NCBI GenBank assembly: GCA_005882895.1
Contig: VBBD01000018.1
Coordinates: 1-63,781, forward strand
Source: Candidatus Bathyarchaeota archaeon
GTDB lineage: Archaea; Thermoproteota; Bathyarchaeia; 40CM-2-53-6
Reading direction: 5' to 3'
DNA: 63,781 nucleotides
Positions 19,631 to 28,744 of the stretch are shown piece by piece. Below the pieces are notes generated by a model, which was given only the letters and a program-made list of their open reading frames with translations, did not search any database and was not told where the DNA came from. The position numbers were made by a program, and so were the translations under genes. Every line of letters begins with the position of its first letter. The stretch's first letter is position 1.

Positions 19631-20693
19631 AAACGCGAACGTAGCCTTTTACCATCGAGTCGAGTCTGAACTTCTCGTCAAGTCTTCTATGGCCCTCGTC
19701 CCCGAGTTTCTGTCTCGTTGTCGGATCATCGGCAAGTTGAGCCAACTTGTTAGAGAGATCGATTTCGTCCCCCGTCCGGAACGTGATTCCGCTGGAACCT
19801 GCGACTTCATGTGCTGCGCCCGAATCAGAGACGATGAGAGGTAAGGAGTGGTCCATCGCCTCAAGCAGAACTATGCCAAAGGCTTCGTTTACCGAGGGAA
19901 AGCAGAAGATGTCAGCTGCAGAATATGCGGGGTGTAGGGAAGGCAGATATCTCCAGCTGGTCACTTGTCGCTCGAGGCCGAGGTGGCTAACCTCTCTGTG
20001 AAATGAGTTGGAGAGAGGCCCATCGCCAACGACTAGAAGCTTCATCTTCCTTCCTCTCTTGACCAATATTTCTAAGGCTCTCAAGAGGGTCATCGGATCT
20101 TTTGCAGGATGTAGGCGGCCTACGAAAAGTACTGCAAGTGTGTCCTCTTCAATTTTGAGCATTTTCCTTGACTGTTCGCGGGTAGGTTCCGAGAAGGAAC
20201 AATGAGTAATCCCGTTATGTACGACTGAGGACTCTATGCCTAGAATCTGTTGAAGTGTGGAGCGAACGAAATTCGAAACCGAAGTCTTCGAACTCGCGAG
20301 TTTTGCTATAACTCGAACAGCTCCGAATTCTGCCGTGTAGGCGAGCTTGTCCCTGATCTTCGGTTCAAGCCACCATTGAGGAAACCCATGGAATGTCTCA
20401 ACGATGGGAATTCGGTTTATCCCTTTTCTAAAAATCGGTATTGGTCCAAGACTTGCAACATTGCAATGAATCAAGTCATATCTCACCGAGAACAAGCGAG
20501 CCATGGCTGAGAGCCCTTGGTAGACCGAAGGCCTAGCAACCGCCCCGCGACCATTTGGTATTTCCATACTTGCTGGACAAAGGAGGTCTACGTCGAACCC
20601 ATTCGCCTGCAATCCTTCACAAAGCGTGCTGGCGAACTGCTTCAAACCACCTCGAAAGTTTGAAACCAGGCCGATTCGCACTATTCTCTCCAA
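19593..20693 (-). CDS. Glycosyltransferase family 4 (GT-B)
   Basis: Contains FCFPSVNEAFGIVLLEAMDHSLPLIVSDSGAAHEVAG plus an N-terminal GT4-type domain. Confidence 0.85.
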   Translation of the reverse strand: MERIVRIGLVSNFRGGLKQFASTLCEGLQANGFDVDLLCPASMEIPNGRGAVARPSVYQGLSAMARLFSVRYDLIHCNVASLGPIPIFRKGINRIPIVETFHGFPQWWLEPKIRDKLAYTAEFGAVRVIAKLASSKTSVSNFVRSTLQQILGIESSVVHNGITHCSFSEPTREQSRKMLKIEEDTLAVLFVGRLHPAKDPMTLLRALEILVKRGRKMKLLVVGDGPLSNSFHREVSHLGLERQVTSWRYLPSLHPAYSAADIFCFPSVNEAFGIVLLEAMDHSLPLIVSDSGAAHEVAGSSGITFRTGDEIDLSNKLAQLADDPTTRQKLGDEGHRRLDEKFRLDSMVKGYVRVYEETLSSRGGRA

Positions 20694-20726
20694 GCGATTT
20701 TGACGGAAACCGGCATGATTAGAGAA

Positions 20727-22667
20727 TCACTGTTTGATTGAGATGTAGTCCAGACTCACGTATTGCGGCAATGAGGGTTGATTGTCTACGGCAAGGGTGA
20801 GCGTGTGCACGCCCTTTGATAGGGTGCCTTTGAAGACCGTTGCGTTGACCGCGGTGAACGTGCCATGGTATGTCAGTTGGGTGGTAGTTTTCCCGTCTAG
20901 CATTACCGATATTGGATTGGATGGAGCTCCATCCCAAATTCTGAGAGTAACATTGTAAGTCGCGTCTTGAGGTACTGCAAAATCTACCGATGCAGTTGCC
21001 ACCTGGGTAGGACGAGTCGAATTCAACTCAAGACTGCTCCCTGATCGAGTCCAAGTACGAGCACTCCAATACCAACCTCCGCTCGATGAAAGGACGCTAG
21101 AGTAAGCTGGGATTATGACCAGATTGGGATTCCAGGCCGCCCGGTTGACCTCGTATACGTTTTTGCCAAGTGGCTGAAGAAACGTTAGGAAGAAGTTCGG
21201 CAGTGGGGCGGGGGAGTTGAAGTCCTCTATGTATACTATCGTCATGTTAGGAACCTGATTGAGTGGAAGACCTTCGAAGAAAATTCTTGAGACCTGTGCT
21301 GATTGATCGTCGGCGAATGGGGTTTCAAGTCCAGTCATTAGAAAGTCGAGCCTTCCGAGGTAAGTGTAGTGGTCGCCGAGGAAGGCGCCGACCCAAAAGC
21401 TGTTGTGTTCACCTATTCCAGGTTGGCCGGGAGGGTCGCTGACGATGAAGATCGCCTTTCTGACATCGATCGCTCCGGACGATTGGAGATAGTGCAGCGA
21501 GGCGGAGGCAGAATCCGAGATGAAACTGTTGTAGAATTGATGCCCGGTATTACCGTAGTAGAGAGTGCTCCCTCCTATCATTATCATGGATATCATAGCA
21601 ATTCCTTTCAGTTGGCTGGTCAGCTTTTTGAGGGCCGCCAACCGTGGTATGGTGATCGCTGCGAGAAATGGTGTAGGCATAAGGATTATTGCCCGTTCAG
21701 AGAACGGAGTGATTGACTGATTCAGATATTGAGCGAAACCAATCCCGAGAGAGAGCAATAACCATGAGAAGGTCAGAGCGATTATGGGAGAGGATATGCG
21801 CATCAACTTAAGGTAGAAGATCATGACCACTGCGACAAGAGCAGCAAGACCAACTGGCCCTAAATAGAGAAACCAAGTGACCAGCGACATTGTTGGGATG
21901 GCGGGAAGCCTGCCCTGAAGAGGACTTGCAATCCACTGTTGCTGAAACCAAAAGATGACCGCGCCCGGTAAGAGGCTTAGACAGATAGTGGCTAGAATTG
22001 TTACGAATTTTCGGAAACTGACTAGACTTCGCCAGAGGCTGAGGATAAGAGCGAGAACCAACGTGGCCGAGATGAAAATCGCCGTTTCTACGTGGGCGAA
22101 GGTCGATAGAAGGATGATCCCTCCCAGCCCTGATGTCTTCGCCGCAAGTAGTCGTGGCCTGACCTCTGCCTGTGTTTGGAGGAATAACCACGTGCCACAT
22201 AGCATTAGGACCAAACCTAACAAGTTCGCATGAAGGTCCGAACTGAGCCTAAGGAATCCGAACCACGTAGAACCCGCTCCCAACGCAATCAATGAGGCTT
22301 TAGTGTCATGCATCTCCTCCCTTACTAAGGCTACAATTATCAGCGTCCCGACTATCCATAGTGAAAGCGGGACTATGGCTTCGACCCAAAACGCATCGAG
22401 TCCGGCGACTGTAATCCAGCTTCCAATAGTCGGATAGAGGAAGTTGTAATAGCGTAGGCCAAACACAAAGGATACGGCTCCCGAAGCGGCTGCCGAGTGG
22501 ATTCTCCAGATGTAGTACGGGGTATCCCAACCTAGCGGTAGCCCATCCGTCGAGTATCTAATGTAGAATAGAATCCATAGTCCAGTTATTGCTGCTATTG
22601 AAATGAAAGCCCAAATTGGGAGATAGTATCTCAAAAGCGCCCGTCTACCAAGTTCTTTTTCAGACAT
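20727..22667 (-). CDS. Large polytopic membrane protein (putative glycan polymerase/GT-C-like) with a C-terminal carbohydrate-binding-like beta-sandwich
   Basis: About a dozen predicted TM helices followed by a ~240 aa soluble domain ending in VTLRIWDGAPSNPISVMLDG...YVSLDYISIKQ. I placed the start at the ATG (MSEKELG), which overlaps the upstream GT2 stop as ATGTCTGA. Confidence 0.65.
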   Translation of the reverse strand: MSEKELGRRALLRYYLPIWAFISIAAITGLWILFYIRYSTDGLPLGWDTPYYIWRIHSAAASGAVSFVFGLRYYNFLYPTIGSWITVAGLDAFWVEAIVPLSLWIVGTLIIVALVREEMHDTKASLIALGAGSTWFGFLRLSSDLHANLLGLVLMLCGTWLFLQTQAEVRPRLLAAKTSGLGGIILLSTFAHVETAIFISATLVLALILSLWRSLVSFRKFVTILATICLSLLPGAVIFWFQQQWIASPLQGRLPAIPTMSLVTWFLYLGPVGLAALVAVVMIFYLKLMRISSPIIALTFSWLLLSLGIGFAQYLNQSITPFSERAIILMPTPFLAAITIPRLAALKKLTSQLKGIAMISMIMIGGSTLYYGNTGHQFYNSFISDSASASLHYLQSSGAIDVRKAIFIVSDPPGQPGIGEHNSFWVGAFLGDHYTYLGRLDFLMTGLETPFADDQSAQVSRIFFEGLPLNQVPNMTIVYIEDFNSPAPLPNFFLTFLQPLGKNVYEVNRAAWNPNLVIIPAYSSVLSSSGGWYWSARTWTRSGSSLELNSTRPTQVATASVDFAVPQDATYNVTLRIWDGAPSNPISVMLDGKTTTQLTYHGTFTAVNATVFKGTLSKGVHTLTLAVDNQPSLPQYVSLDYISIKQ

Positions 22668-23691
22668 CTGAGACAGAAGACGAGCGCACCTGGGGTGCCG
22701 GCCTTCGCCGAGCAAGTCCCCTAGCAAGCCCTGCAACATAGGAAAAATGTATCAACGGGTAAGCTGCAGCATAAAGAAGCGTGTCTCCTTGTGGTCTCCT
22801 CGTCTTGGTAAGCGCAGCGGCAACATCAATACCCAAGTAAATTGCTAGCGTTGATACTAGCAATATGTCCAAAGGGAAGGCGGTCCAGATCGCGAGGCTA
22901 AGGATCACTAGGGAAACCAGTACGAGCAGTAGTGTGGGGAAGGTAATAGCTCCCCGGTCTCTCTTCATAGCCATCCCGCGTCCCATTCCATAATCAAACA
23001 TCCATCGCAAGAATTGGCCGATCGAGTTTCGGTGGTGGTGGTATACGACTGCTTTGGGAGTATATGCAAGTCTCAATCCTCCACGGCGGATGCGGGCGTT
23101 GAGACACGAATCTTCACAATATCTGAGTGATTCATCAAACCCGCCAGAGAGTTTGAAAACTTTCGAGGAATACATGGCGTTACAGGAGGGCAGACTTTTG
23201 GCGGTCTCGGGATGGGTACCATCGAAGAACTCGATTGATCCTGCACTCCCTAGTCGGGTCCCTAGTGCCCCGTGCAAAGCGTTTAGCATGCCTCTCTCGT
23301 GAGGAATGTCCGTGAAAACCGTCTTTCCTCCCACTGCGCCAACATTGTGTTTCCAGTTTTCGGGATTGACAAGAGCTCCTATCCAATCTGGCTCTGCGAT
23401 ACAATCAGAGTCTGTGAAAGCGAGAAAATCGCCACTAGCTGCCCCGGCGCCTTTGTTTCGTCCTCTCGCGGGTGTAGAAGCAGACTCGTCTACTATTAGT
23501 TTGAAATTCGCTCGGTTGCCCGCTGCTCTCAACGCCTGCGAGGTCGTTCCATCGGTTGATCCAGCGTCTACGAGAATCACCTCGACATTCGGGTAGTTCT
23601 GAGAAGTTACGGATCGAACACACTCAGCAATGGTTTCAGCCGAGTTGAAGCAGGTGACTATTACGGATATCCGGGGATTAGCAAACTCCAA
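22660..23691 (-). CDS. Glycosyltransferase family 2 with a C-terminal membrane domain
   Basis: Contains ISVIVTCFNSAETIAECVRSVTSQNYPNVEVILVDAGSTDGT and TDSD (DxD-like), plus C-terminal TM helices. Confidence 0.9.
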   Translation of the reverse strand: MEFANPRISVIVTCFNSAETIAECVRSVTSQNYPNVEVILVDAGSTDGTTSQALRAAGNRANFKLIVDESASTPARGRNKGAGAASGDFLAFTDSDCIAEPDWIGALVNPENWKHNVGAVGGKTVFTDIPHERGMLNALHGALGTRLGSAGSIEFFDGTHPETAKSLPSCNAMYSSKVFKLSGGFDESLRYCEDSCLNARIRRGGLRLAYTPKAVVYHHHRNSIGQFLRWMFDYGMGRGMAMKRDRGAITFPTLLLVLVSLVILSLAIWTAFPLDILLVSTLAIYLGIDVAAALTKTRRPQGDTLLYAAAYPLIHFSYVAGLARGLARRRPAPQVRSSSVSDV

Positions 23692-23793
23692 CTTGATTAA
23701 GGCGCTTCCAGATTCCGCGCTGATCGGACACCTGGAAAACGCCTGAGCATTAAAGCAACGTGTTTGGCAAAGTCTTGGGCTTCCTTCAGATGG

Positions 23794-24171
23794 CTACGTT
23801 TCGTCGATTCTCATTCCATGCGGATAGCTGTGAATTCGAACCCCGAGAGCAGCCAAGTGCGATCCGACTTCAACCGGTTGCACCATTTTGGGAAGATCAC
23901 CTGGCCAGTGGCCACCATCCGCATCCATTGTCACAACAATGTCTCCCTTGGCTTCGGACATGCCCCTTCGAGTGGCGACTCCATACCCTTTGTGAGGTTC
24001 AAAGATTACCCTGGCCCCTTTCCTGATTGCCACCTCAGCGGTGCTGTCGTGCGACCCGTTATCGACAACTATTACTTCGGTTTCGGGCAGTCGGTCAAAT
24101 GGTATCTGGTCCAAGACTCTACCAATGCTTTCCTCTTCATTGAGTGCCGGGATAATTATTGAAACCCTCAG
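23794..24171 (-). pseudogene. Truncated GT2 (dolichyl-phosphate sugar synthase-like) remnant
   Basis: The frame reads (L)RVSIIIPALNEEESIGRVLDQIPFDRLPETEVIVVDNGSHDSTAEV...TMDADGGHWPGD and then stops about 100 aa short of a normal GT2 domain. The conserved N-terminus lies upstream of the only canonical start (TTG 24114); an in-frame CTG sits at 24169..24171. Confidence 0.5.
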
Positions 24172-24458
24172 CCTAGACCACCTTACAGCCCCGATGTGTC
24201 GCGGGGGCTTGGGCCCTATTATTTGGTTGGTTGGAACCCGATATATCGTGGTCTCACGACTGGTCGTCTAAATAAGACGGAACAGTTCAGTCGGTGATTA
24301 TTGAGTGCCGCAGTGACAAGGGGGGAGAATGGTCGGAACAGTTTCCGTTAATCAATTGACAGCATTCGTTTCCGACATCACGGACCGGAACCATCTCGAA
24401 TGCTTGAGTTTGCATACCTGTTTCCGCTTCGCGGCGGCCAACCTCTAGAGGCCGGTAG

Positions 24459-26027
24459 TCACTGCCCCTTCTGTTGAGAACGAGCTCCCACACTCCTTGA
24501 AAGGTTCATCGATTTCAGCGTGAGGACTCCGAATCCGGCCAACGAGAGGAAGAGCACCCACACGCCTTCCGTTAGTACTATCAGACCAATGCCGATCGCG
24601 AAAATAGCCAAAACTGTTTCCGCAATGGCGATTCTGTCATGCTGGACATCACGGAAGTACTGCCTACTCCTCTCATTACTTTCGACTCCACTTTTGGGTG
24701 TTCGGAAAAAGAACCCCGGTCTTCCTCTGAGTCCTTGCAAGAAGCCGATGCAGATCGCGGTTGTCATGCATGACGTCGTGTAGGAAATAAGAGGGAGAAG
24801 AAGTAGGTTTTTCGCAGTCATTATCTTCTGCACATTGAGCGCGTAAGCCCCTGAAAGGAAGAAGGAGAATAAGGGCAATGTCACTATGATAACGTAAGCC
24901 GGGCTAGAGAATATCGAGTTTGCAGGCGCACTGAACCCAAGGACAAGTCCAAGAGCAGAGACGAAGGTGACCACGATCCAACTGAGGGCTGAGAAAGGTC
25001 CTAACAGGAAAAGTAGCAAAGCGACTCTCCTCCAAGGGGAGAGTTTGCGAGATCCAAGGATCTTTCGCCAGTTTGATCGGGCACACTTGGTCCACCCCTG
25101 CGCCACTCTTGCAGCTTGCTTCTTCCAAACCTCAAGGTTCGAGGGGTCTTCGCCAAAGACCTTCACATCACTTAGATAGACACCTCGCCATCCAGCGGAG
25201 TATATCCTGCAGGAGAGGTCGGCGTCGTCCACTATTGAGTCGTTTGTCCAAAACCCGACCTCTCTGAGAATAGCTAGCGACATCAGTGTAAAGCCTCCTT
25301 GAAATGAGTAAGGAGCGTCCAAAGTATACGACCCCATCTTCGTTATGGTATCTCCTTGGTCCTGAGATAGTGCAAACAGCCTTGTGATCAGGTTTTGTTC
25401 GCGGTTGTAGTCGCCGACCCGGAATGACACGAACGCTATTCTGGGATCTAATCGAAAAGCTGCTAGTCCTCGGGACAATGAAGCGGGTGTGACTGTCGAA
25501 TCCGCGTCTAGAAGGAGGACGTATTCGCCTCTCAAGAGAGAGGCAGCGTGGTTCAATGCGCCGCTCTTGAATCCCTCCCTGTTGTTTCGCCTTGATACGA
25601 GAGCGACGATACCCGAAGAATTCAGCTCCCCTATTTTCTCGTCTATTACGCTCCTCGTGTCATCTGTAGAGTCGTCGGCAACAATAACCTGAATTTTTCC
25701 AGCTGGATAGTCCAGATACTTGATTGCATCAAGGGTTCGCCCGATCACGAACTTCTCGTTGTATGAGGCGATTAGAACTGAAACAAGAGGCAAATTCTCT
25801 CTCGGAAGATCGATATTACCCAGGATTCTAGGGTATCGCAGCGAGCTAACGAATAGGATGACAGTGTAGTAGGAAGACAGCAGAACTGGAATGCTGAAAG
25901 CCAGCGAGATGGATGTGATGATAATCCACGGTTCGATCACAAACCATCTGCGACGAACCAGCGAGTCATGGGGGTTCTTATGGTTGGCGAAAGACTTCAG
26001 AAGTAAAGAACCGTTCGCAATGCGCAA
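24459..26027 (-). CDS. Membrane-integrated GT2 synthase (cellulose/chitin/hyaluronan-synthase-like architecture)
   Basis: Contains VSVLIASYNEKFVIGRTL, ADDSTDDT, LLLDADS, DDADL and KQAARVAQGW (a QxxRW-like motif with V in place of W). It has N-terminal TM helices and 4-5 C-terminal TM helices. Confidence 0.8.
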   Translation of the reverse strand: MRIANGSLLLKSFANHKNPHDSLVRRRWFVIEPWIIITSISLAFSIPVLLSSYYTVILFVSSLRYPRILGNIDLPRENLPLVSVLIASYNEKFVIGRTLDAIKYLDYPAGKIQVIVADDSTDDTRSVIDEKIGELNSSGIVALVSRRNNREGFKSGALNHAASLLRGEYVLLLDADSTVTPASLSRGLAAFRLDPRIAFVSFRVGDYNREQNLITRLFALSQDQGDTITKMGSYTLDAPYSFQGGFTLMSLAILREVGFWTNDSIVDDADLSCRIYSAGWRGVYLSDVKVFGEDPSNLEVWKKQAARVAQGWTKCARSNWRKILGSRKLSPWRRVALLLFLLGPFSALSWIVVTFVSALGLVLGFSAPANSIFSSPAYVIIVTLPLFSFFLSGAYALNVQKIMTAKNLLLLPLISYTTSCMTTAICIGFLQGLRGRPGFFFRTPKSGVESNERSRQYFRDVQHDRIAIAETVLAIFAIGIGLIVLTEGVWVLFLSLAGFGVLTLKSMNLSRSVGARSQQKGQ

Positions 26028-26200
26028 AGATTACGGCTGCTTTCGCCATCTCATTCAAACTAGAAGTGCCCCGTATTAGGTGGACCCGCCCGGAATCTGT
26101 GCCAGACTACAAACTGTCTCTGAGAAGAATGTGACATGTTTTCGAGGTCTCGTGACGGGAGGAGGAGCGGAAGGTAGGAGGATTCGAGGCTCGTGGTGGG

Positions 26201-26737
26201 CTACTCAACCTGAATAGGTCGTGTGGGTCTCTTCTCGTCGCTCTTGGTGAAGCGGACTTCAAGGACTCCATTCTTGTAGGTGGCTTTGGCCGTTCGAGGG
26301 TCAACCAAGTGTGGCAGTTCGAGTTCTTTGAAGTATCGTCTCTTGGCAGATTCCACAGCTATCTTCAGCGCCCTGTCGGTCGATTCGAGCTTGATGTGTT
26401 CCTTCTCTACTCCTGGAAGCTCTGTTACAACAATCACTTCGTTACCCTCTTGTAAAACATCCACGAGTGGTTCACGTTCTTCCTTCACTAGCGGCCCTCG
26501 AGAGGTGGGTTCGACGTTGCCGAACTCCCTGATTACTGGCTTGCCATCCTCTCCAACGGACATTGAGAATCCGTATACGAAGGGTTGTGGTCCTTCACTT
26601 GCCTTGGGCATCTCTACTGCTTTCCGCATCATCTCGTCCATCAGGCGATCCATCCGGTCCATTTCTTCGAAGATGTCGAACCACCATCCCGATCGCCGAG
26701 TGCGTTTCTTTCTGGTAGAGTCTCTGCTGTGAGCCAT
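26201..26737 (-). CDS. hsp20: Small heat-shock protein, Hsp20/alpha-crystallin family
   Basis: Contains PLVDVLQEGNEVIVVTELPGVEKEHIKLE...ATYKNGVLEVRFTK, a typical alpha-crystallin domain. Confidence 0.9.
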   Translation of the reverse strand: MAHSRDSTRKKRTRRSGWWFDIFEEMDRMDRLMDEMMRKAVEMPKASEGPQPFVYGFSMSVGEDGKPVIREFGNVEPTSRGPLVKEEREPLVDVLQEGNEVIVVTELPGVEKEHIKLESTDRALKIAVESAKRRYFKELELPHLVDPRTAKATYKNGVLEVRFTKSDEKRPTRPIQVE

Positions 26738-26948
26738 GGTAGACCAATCGAGAATATTCCGGGAAGTATATTGGAGTTTTGTTGGGAAATTACCATGGCA
26801 ATTTTACGTTTGAGCAGAGCGCAGAGTGGGAGGTTATCTGAGCTTCTGGCGGTTGAACGCTCCGTTCTGAACTCTGGAATTAAGCCCTCGACGCTATCTT
26901 AACATACACGGGAAGGCCTAACAGTGTCCACGAAGGGGTCGGGTTTAT

Positions 26949-27446
26949 TTGGGAAGGGCCGGGGTCGCTGTTGCGATACTAACAGTTCTAACGGTCACGA
27001 CGTTCGGAGTTGGACAAGCCTTGTCATTTGAGTCAAGTGTTCCAGTCAAAGGAGTCATCGATGGATGGATCACTTTCCACCAGACACCTCTGAATCTTGT
27101 GATTAACGATGCGACGACGTGGGCTCGAGTGTGGAATGCTAGCTTCTGCCCCGACGCCTGCACGTATGTGTCTCTTCCACGAATCGACTTCTCAAACACT
27201 ACGGTACTAGCGGTGTTCGCTGGACCTCCACTTGACCCGGGCGTAATAATCAGTCCCCATGTCAGCCGCAATCTTCTGGGCCTGCTCGTCGAATCAACAG
27301 TAACAATATCGGGACGCGGCTGCGTATACTTCGGTCCGCTGTATGTTCCCGGCGAGGGTGTCAAAGTTACCATCGTATCGATCCAGAAAACCACTCTACC
27401 AGTAACCTTTGCCACGCGAACAATCGTAAAGGATTGCCGTATATAG
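26949..27446 (+). CDS. Secreted hypothetical protein (165 aa)
   Basis: Signal-like N-terminus GRAGVAVAILTVLTVTTFGVGQA, with a TTG start. I preferred it over the antisense ORF 26945..27469, which lacks such features. Confidence 0.5.
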   Translation: MGRAGVAVAILTVLTVTTFGVGQALSFESSVPVKGVIDGWITFHQTPLNLVINDATTWARVWNASFCPDACTYVSLPRIDFSNTTVLAVFAGPPLDPGVIISPHVSRNLLGLLVESTVTISGRGCVYFGPLYVPGEGVKVTIVSIQKTTLPVTFATRTIVKDCRI

Positions 27447-27596
27447 GCCAGGAAACACCAAGGCACCATTGCGCCGGACCGTATGCGTCCTTCACGGGGA
27501 TCCTACCATGATTGTCCAGGTCCTCCGATGGCATCTTCGAGAATGCTCATACCCAGTCAGTTGGTAACTAAGGCGATGATACTGACCCGTCTCCCC

Positions 27597-27607
27597 TTTT
27601 TTGTTTT
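27597..27607 (+). terminator. Oligo-T tract (TTTTTTGTTTT), possible archaeal terminator
   Basis: A T-run about 150 nt downstream of the stop at 27446. I saw no other signal. Confidence 0.2.
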
Positions 27608-27742
27608 CCATTATCCGGCAATAGGATGCCTATTCGGTCACTAGTCCTATAATGCGAGGCGACCCTACGTGTCGTTTGGCACCTAAAATTGCGGCGGCGA
27701 TTTCCGGACCGTATTGGAGTTTGCTCTACAACGGAAGCTAGG

Positions 27743-28744
27743 CTAGATCATTCGTTTGACGAGGCGGTTGATGTCTTCGCCCCTGTAGCCAAGCTCTCCA
27801 CCATCAGTTGCAGCCCGTCTCGTGCTTCGTTTGAAGCCGCCTCTTGGAGGATGAAGTCTGAATCTTGGTTTCACTCCTGCAAGCCACAGATCTTTTACCC
27901 CGATCTCTCCAGCGACGACTGACCTCGCAAGCTCCGCAATATTCTCCTTCCTGAAGAATACCTTGGCGAACTCGTCGTCGAATTCCTTGTTTCCCTCTCT
28001 CTCCCCTCTCTTCCGCAGCAAGTTCTCCAACACTTCCGGGTTAACCTGCCCCCAAGCGACCAGGTTCTTGGCTGTCCGCAACATGCCTAGGGTCGATGGG
28101 CTGCTTTCTAGGAGCCGATTGTAGGTCTGCACTAAGGCATCGAACACTGCAAGCGCGGAGGAGGTAAGTGTCGATGTGGACCCGTAGGTTCGGGTCCAGC
28201 AGTCCTTGACCCCGGCCAGCCTCAAGACCTGCTTCGGTATCTCCCCCGCAACAAGCCCGAGTCCTCTGGGGCTTGGAAGAACGTGCACTCTTACACTGCC
28301 GCACTTCCCGACAACGCTGAATGGTACGGTGTGGGCTCTGCCGCAACGGCATTCCCAGCTTCCACATCCACGGCGCACAGGAACAACGTTCAGCTTTGCC
28401 TGTATAGTCCCCTTGTCGATGGCAGTTCGTACCTGCCGGGCCTTCCCCTCTCCAACACCAATGTAACCATCCCCGTTCCCAACAGCGACGATTGCTCGGA
28501 ATCTTGACCTTTCACCAGCGTCAGTCTGTTTCTGGACAAACCCAATCCCCAAGACCTCTTGTTGAATGTTCGGCAGAAGCGTGTCAACGATCTCTGGCTC
28601 CTTGATCCTCATGCCCTGGGTGAAGATCTCTTCCATTGAGACTATCTCGCCTGCTTGGACGAGCTTTCCAAGCTTTGTCTTTGGAACCCATCCTACCTCT
28701 TGACCAGGCCTCTGACCGCCTCCCTGGTAGGGTCTCTGGCTCAT
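27743..28744 (-). CDS. rps5: Ribosomal protein uS5 fused in frame to an N-terminally truncated uL30
   Basis: Residues 1 to ~212 are archaeal S5 (GWVPKTKLGKLV...GVGEGKA...AVFDALVQTY). Residues ~214-333 match the middle and C-terminus of archaeal L30 (STLGMLRTAKNLVAWGQVNPE...FRLHPPRGGF...GELGYRGEDINRLVKRMI). No stop codon separates them. Confidence 0.8.
   Translation of the reverse strand: MSQRPYQGGGQRPGQEVGWVPKTKLGKLVQAGEIVSMEEIFTQGMRIKEPEIVDTLLPNIQQEVLGIGFVQKQTDAGERSRFRAIVAVGNGDGYIGVGEGKARQVRTAIDKGTIQAKLNVVPVRRGCGSWECRCGRAHTVPFSVVGKCGSVRVHVLPSPRGLGLVAGEIPKQVLRLAGVKDCWTRTYGSTSTLTSSALAVFDALVQTYNRLLESSPSTLGMLRTAKNLVAWGQVNPEVLENLLRKRGEREGNKEFDDEFAKVFFRKENIAELARSVVAGEIGVKDLWLAGVKPRFRLHPPRGGFKRSTRRAATDGGELGYRGEDINRLVKRMI

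Noticed and set aside
26945-27469. A 174-aa minus-strand ORF that overlaps 26949..27446 almost completely.
   Set aside because: The plus-strand product has a clear signal-peptide-like N-terminus and balanced composition. The minus-strand product does not. Only one of the two can be real, and I chose the plus strand with moderate confidence.
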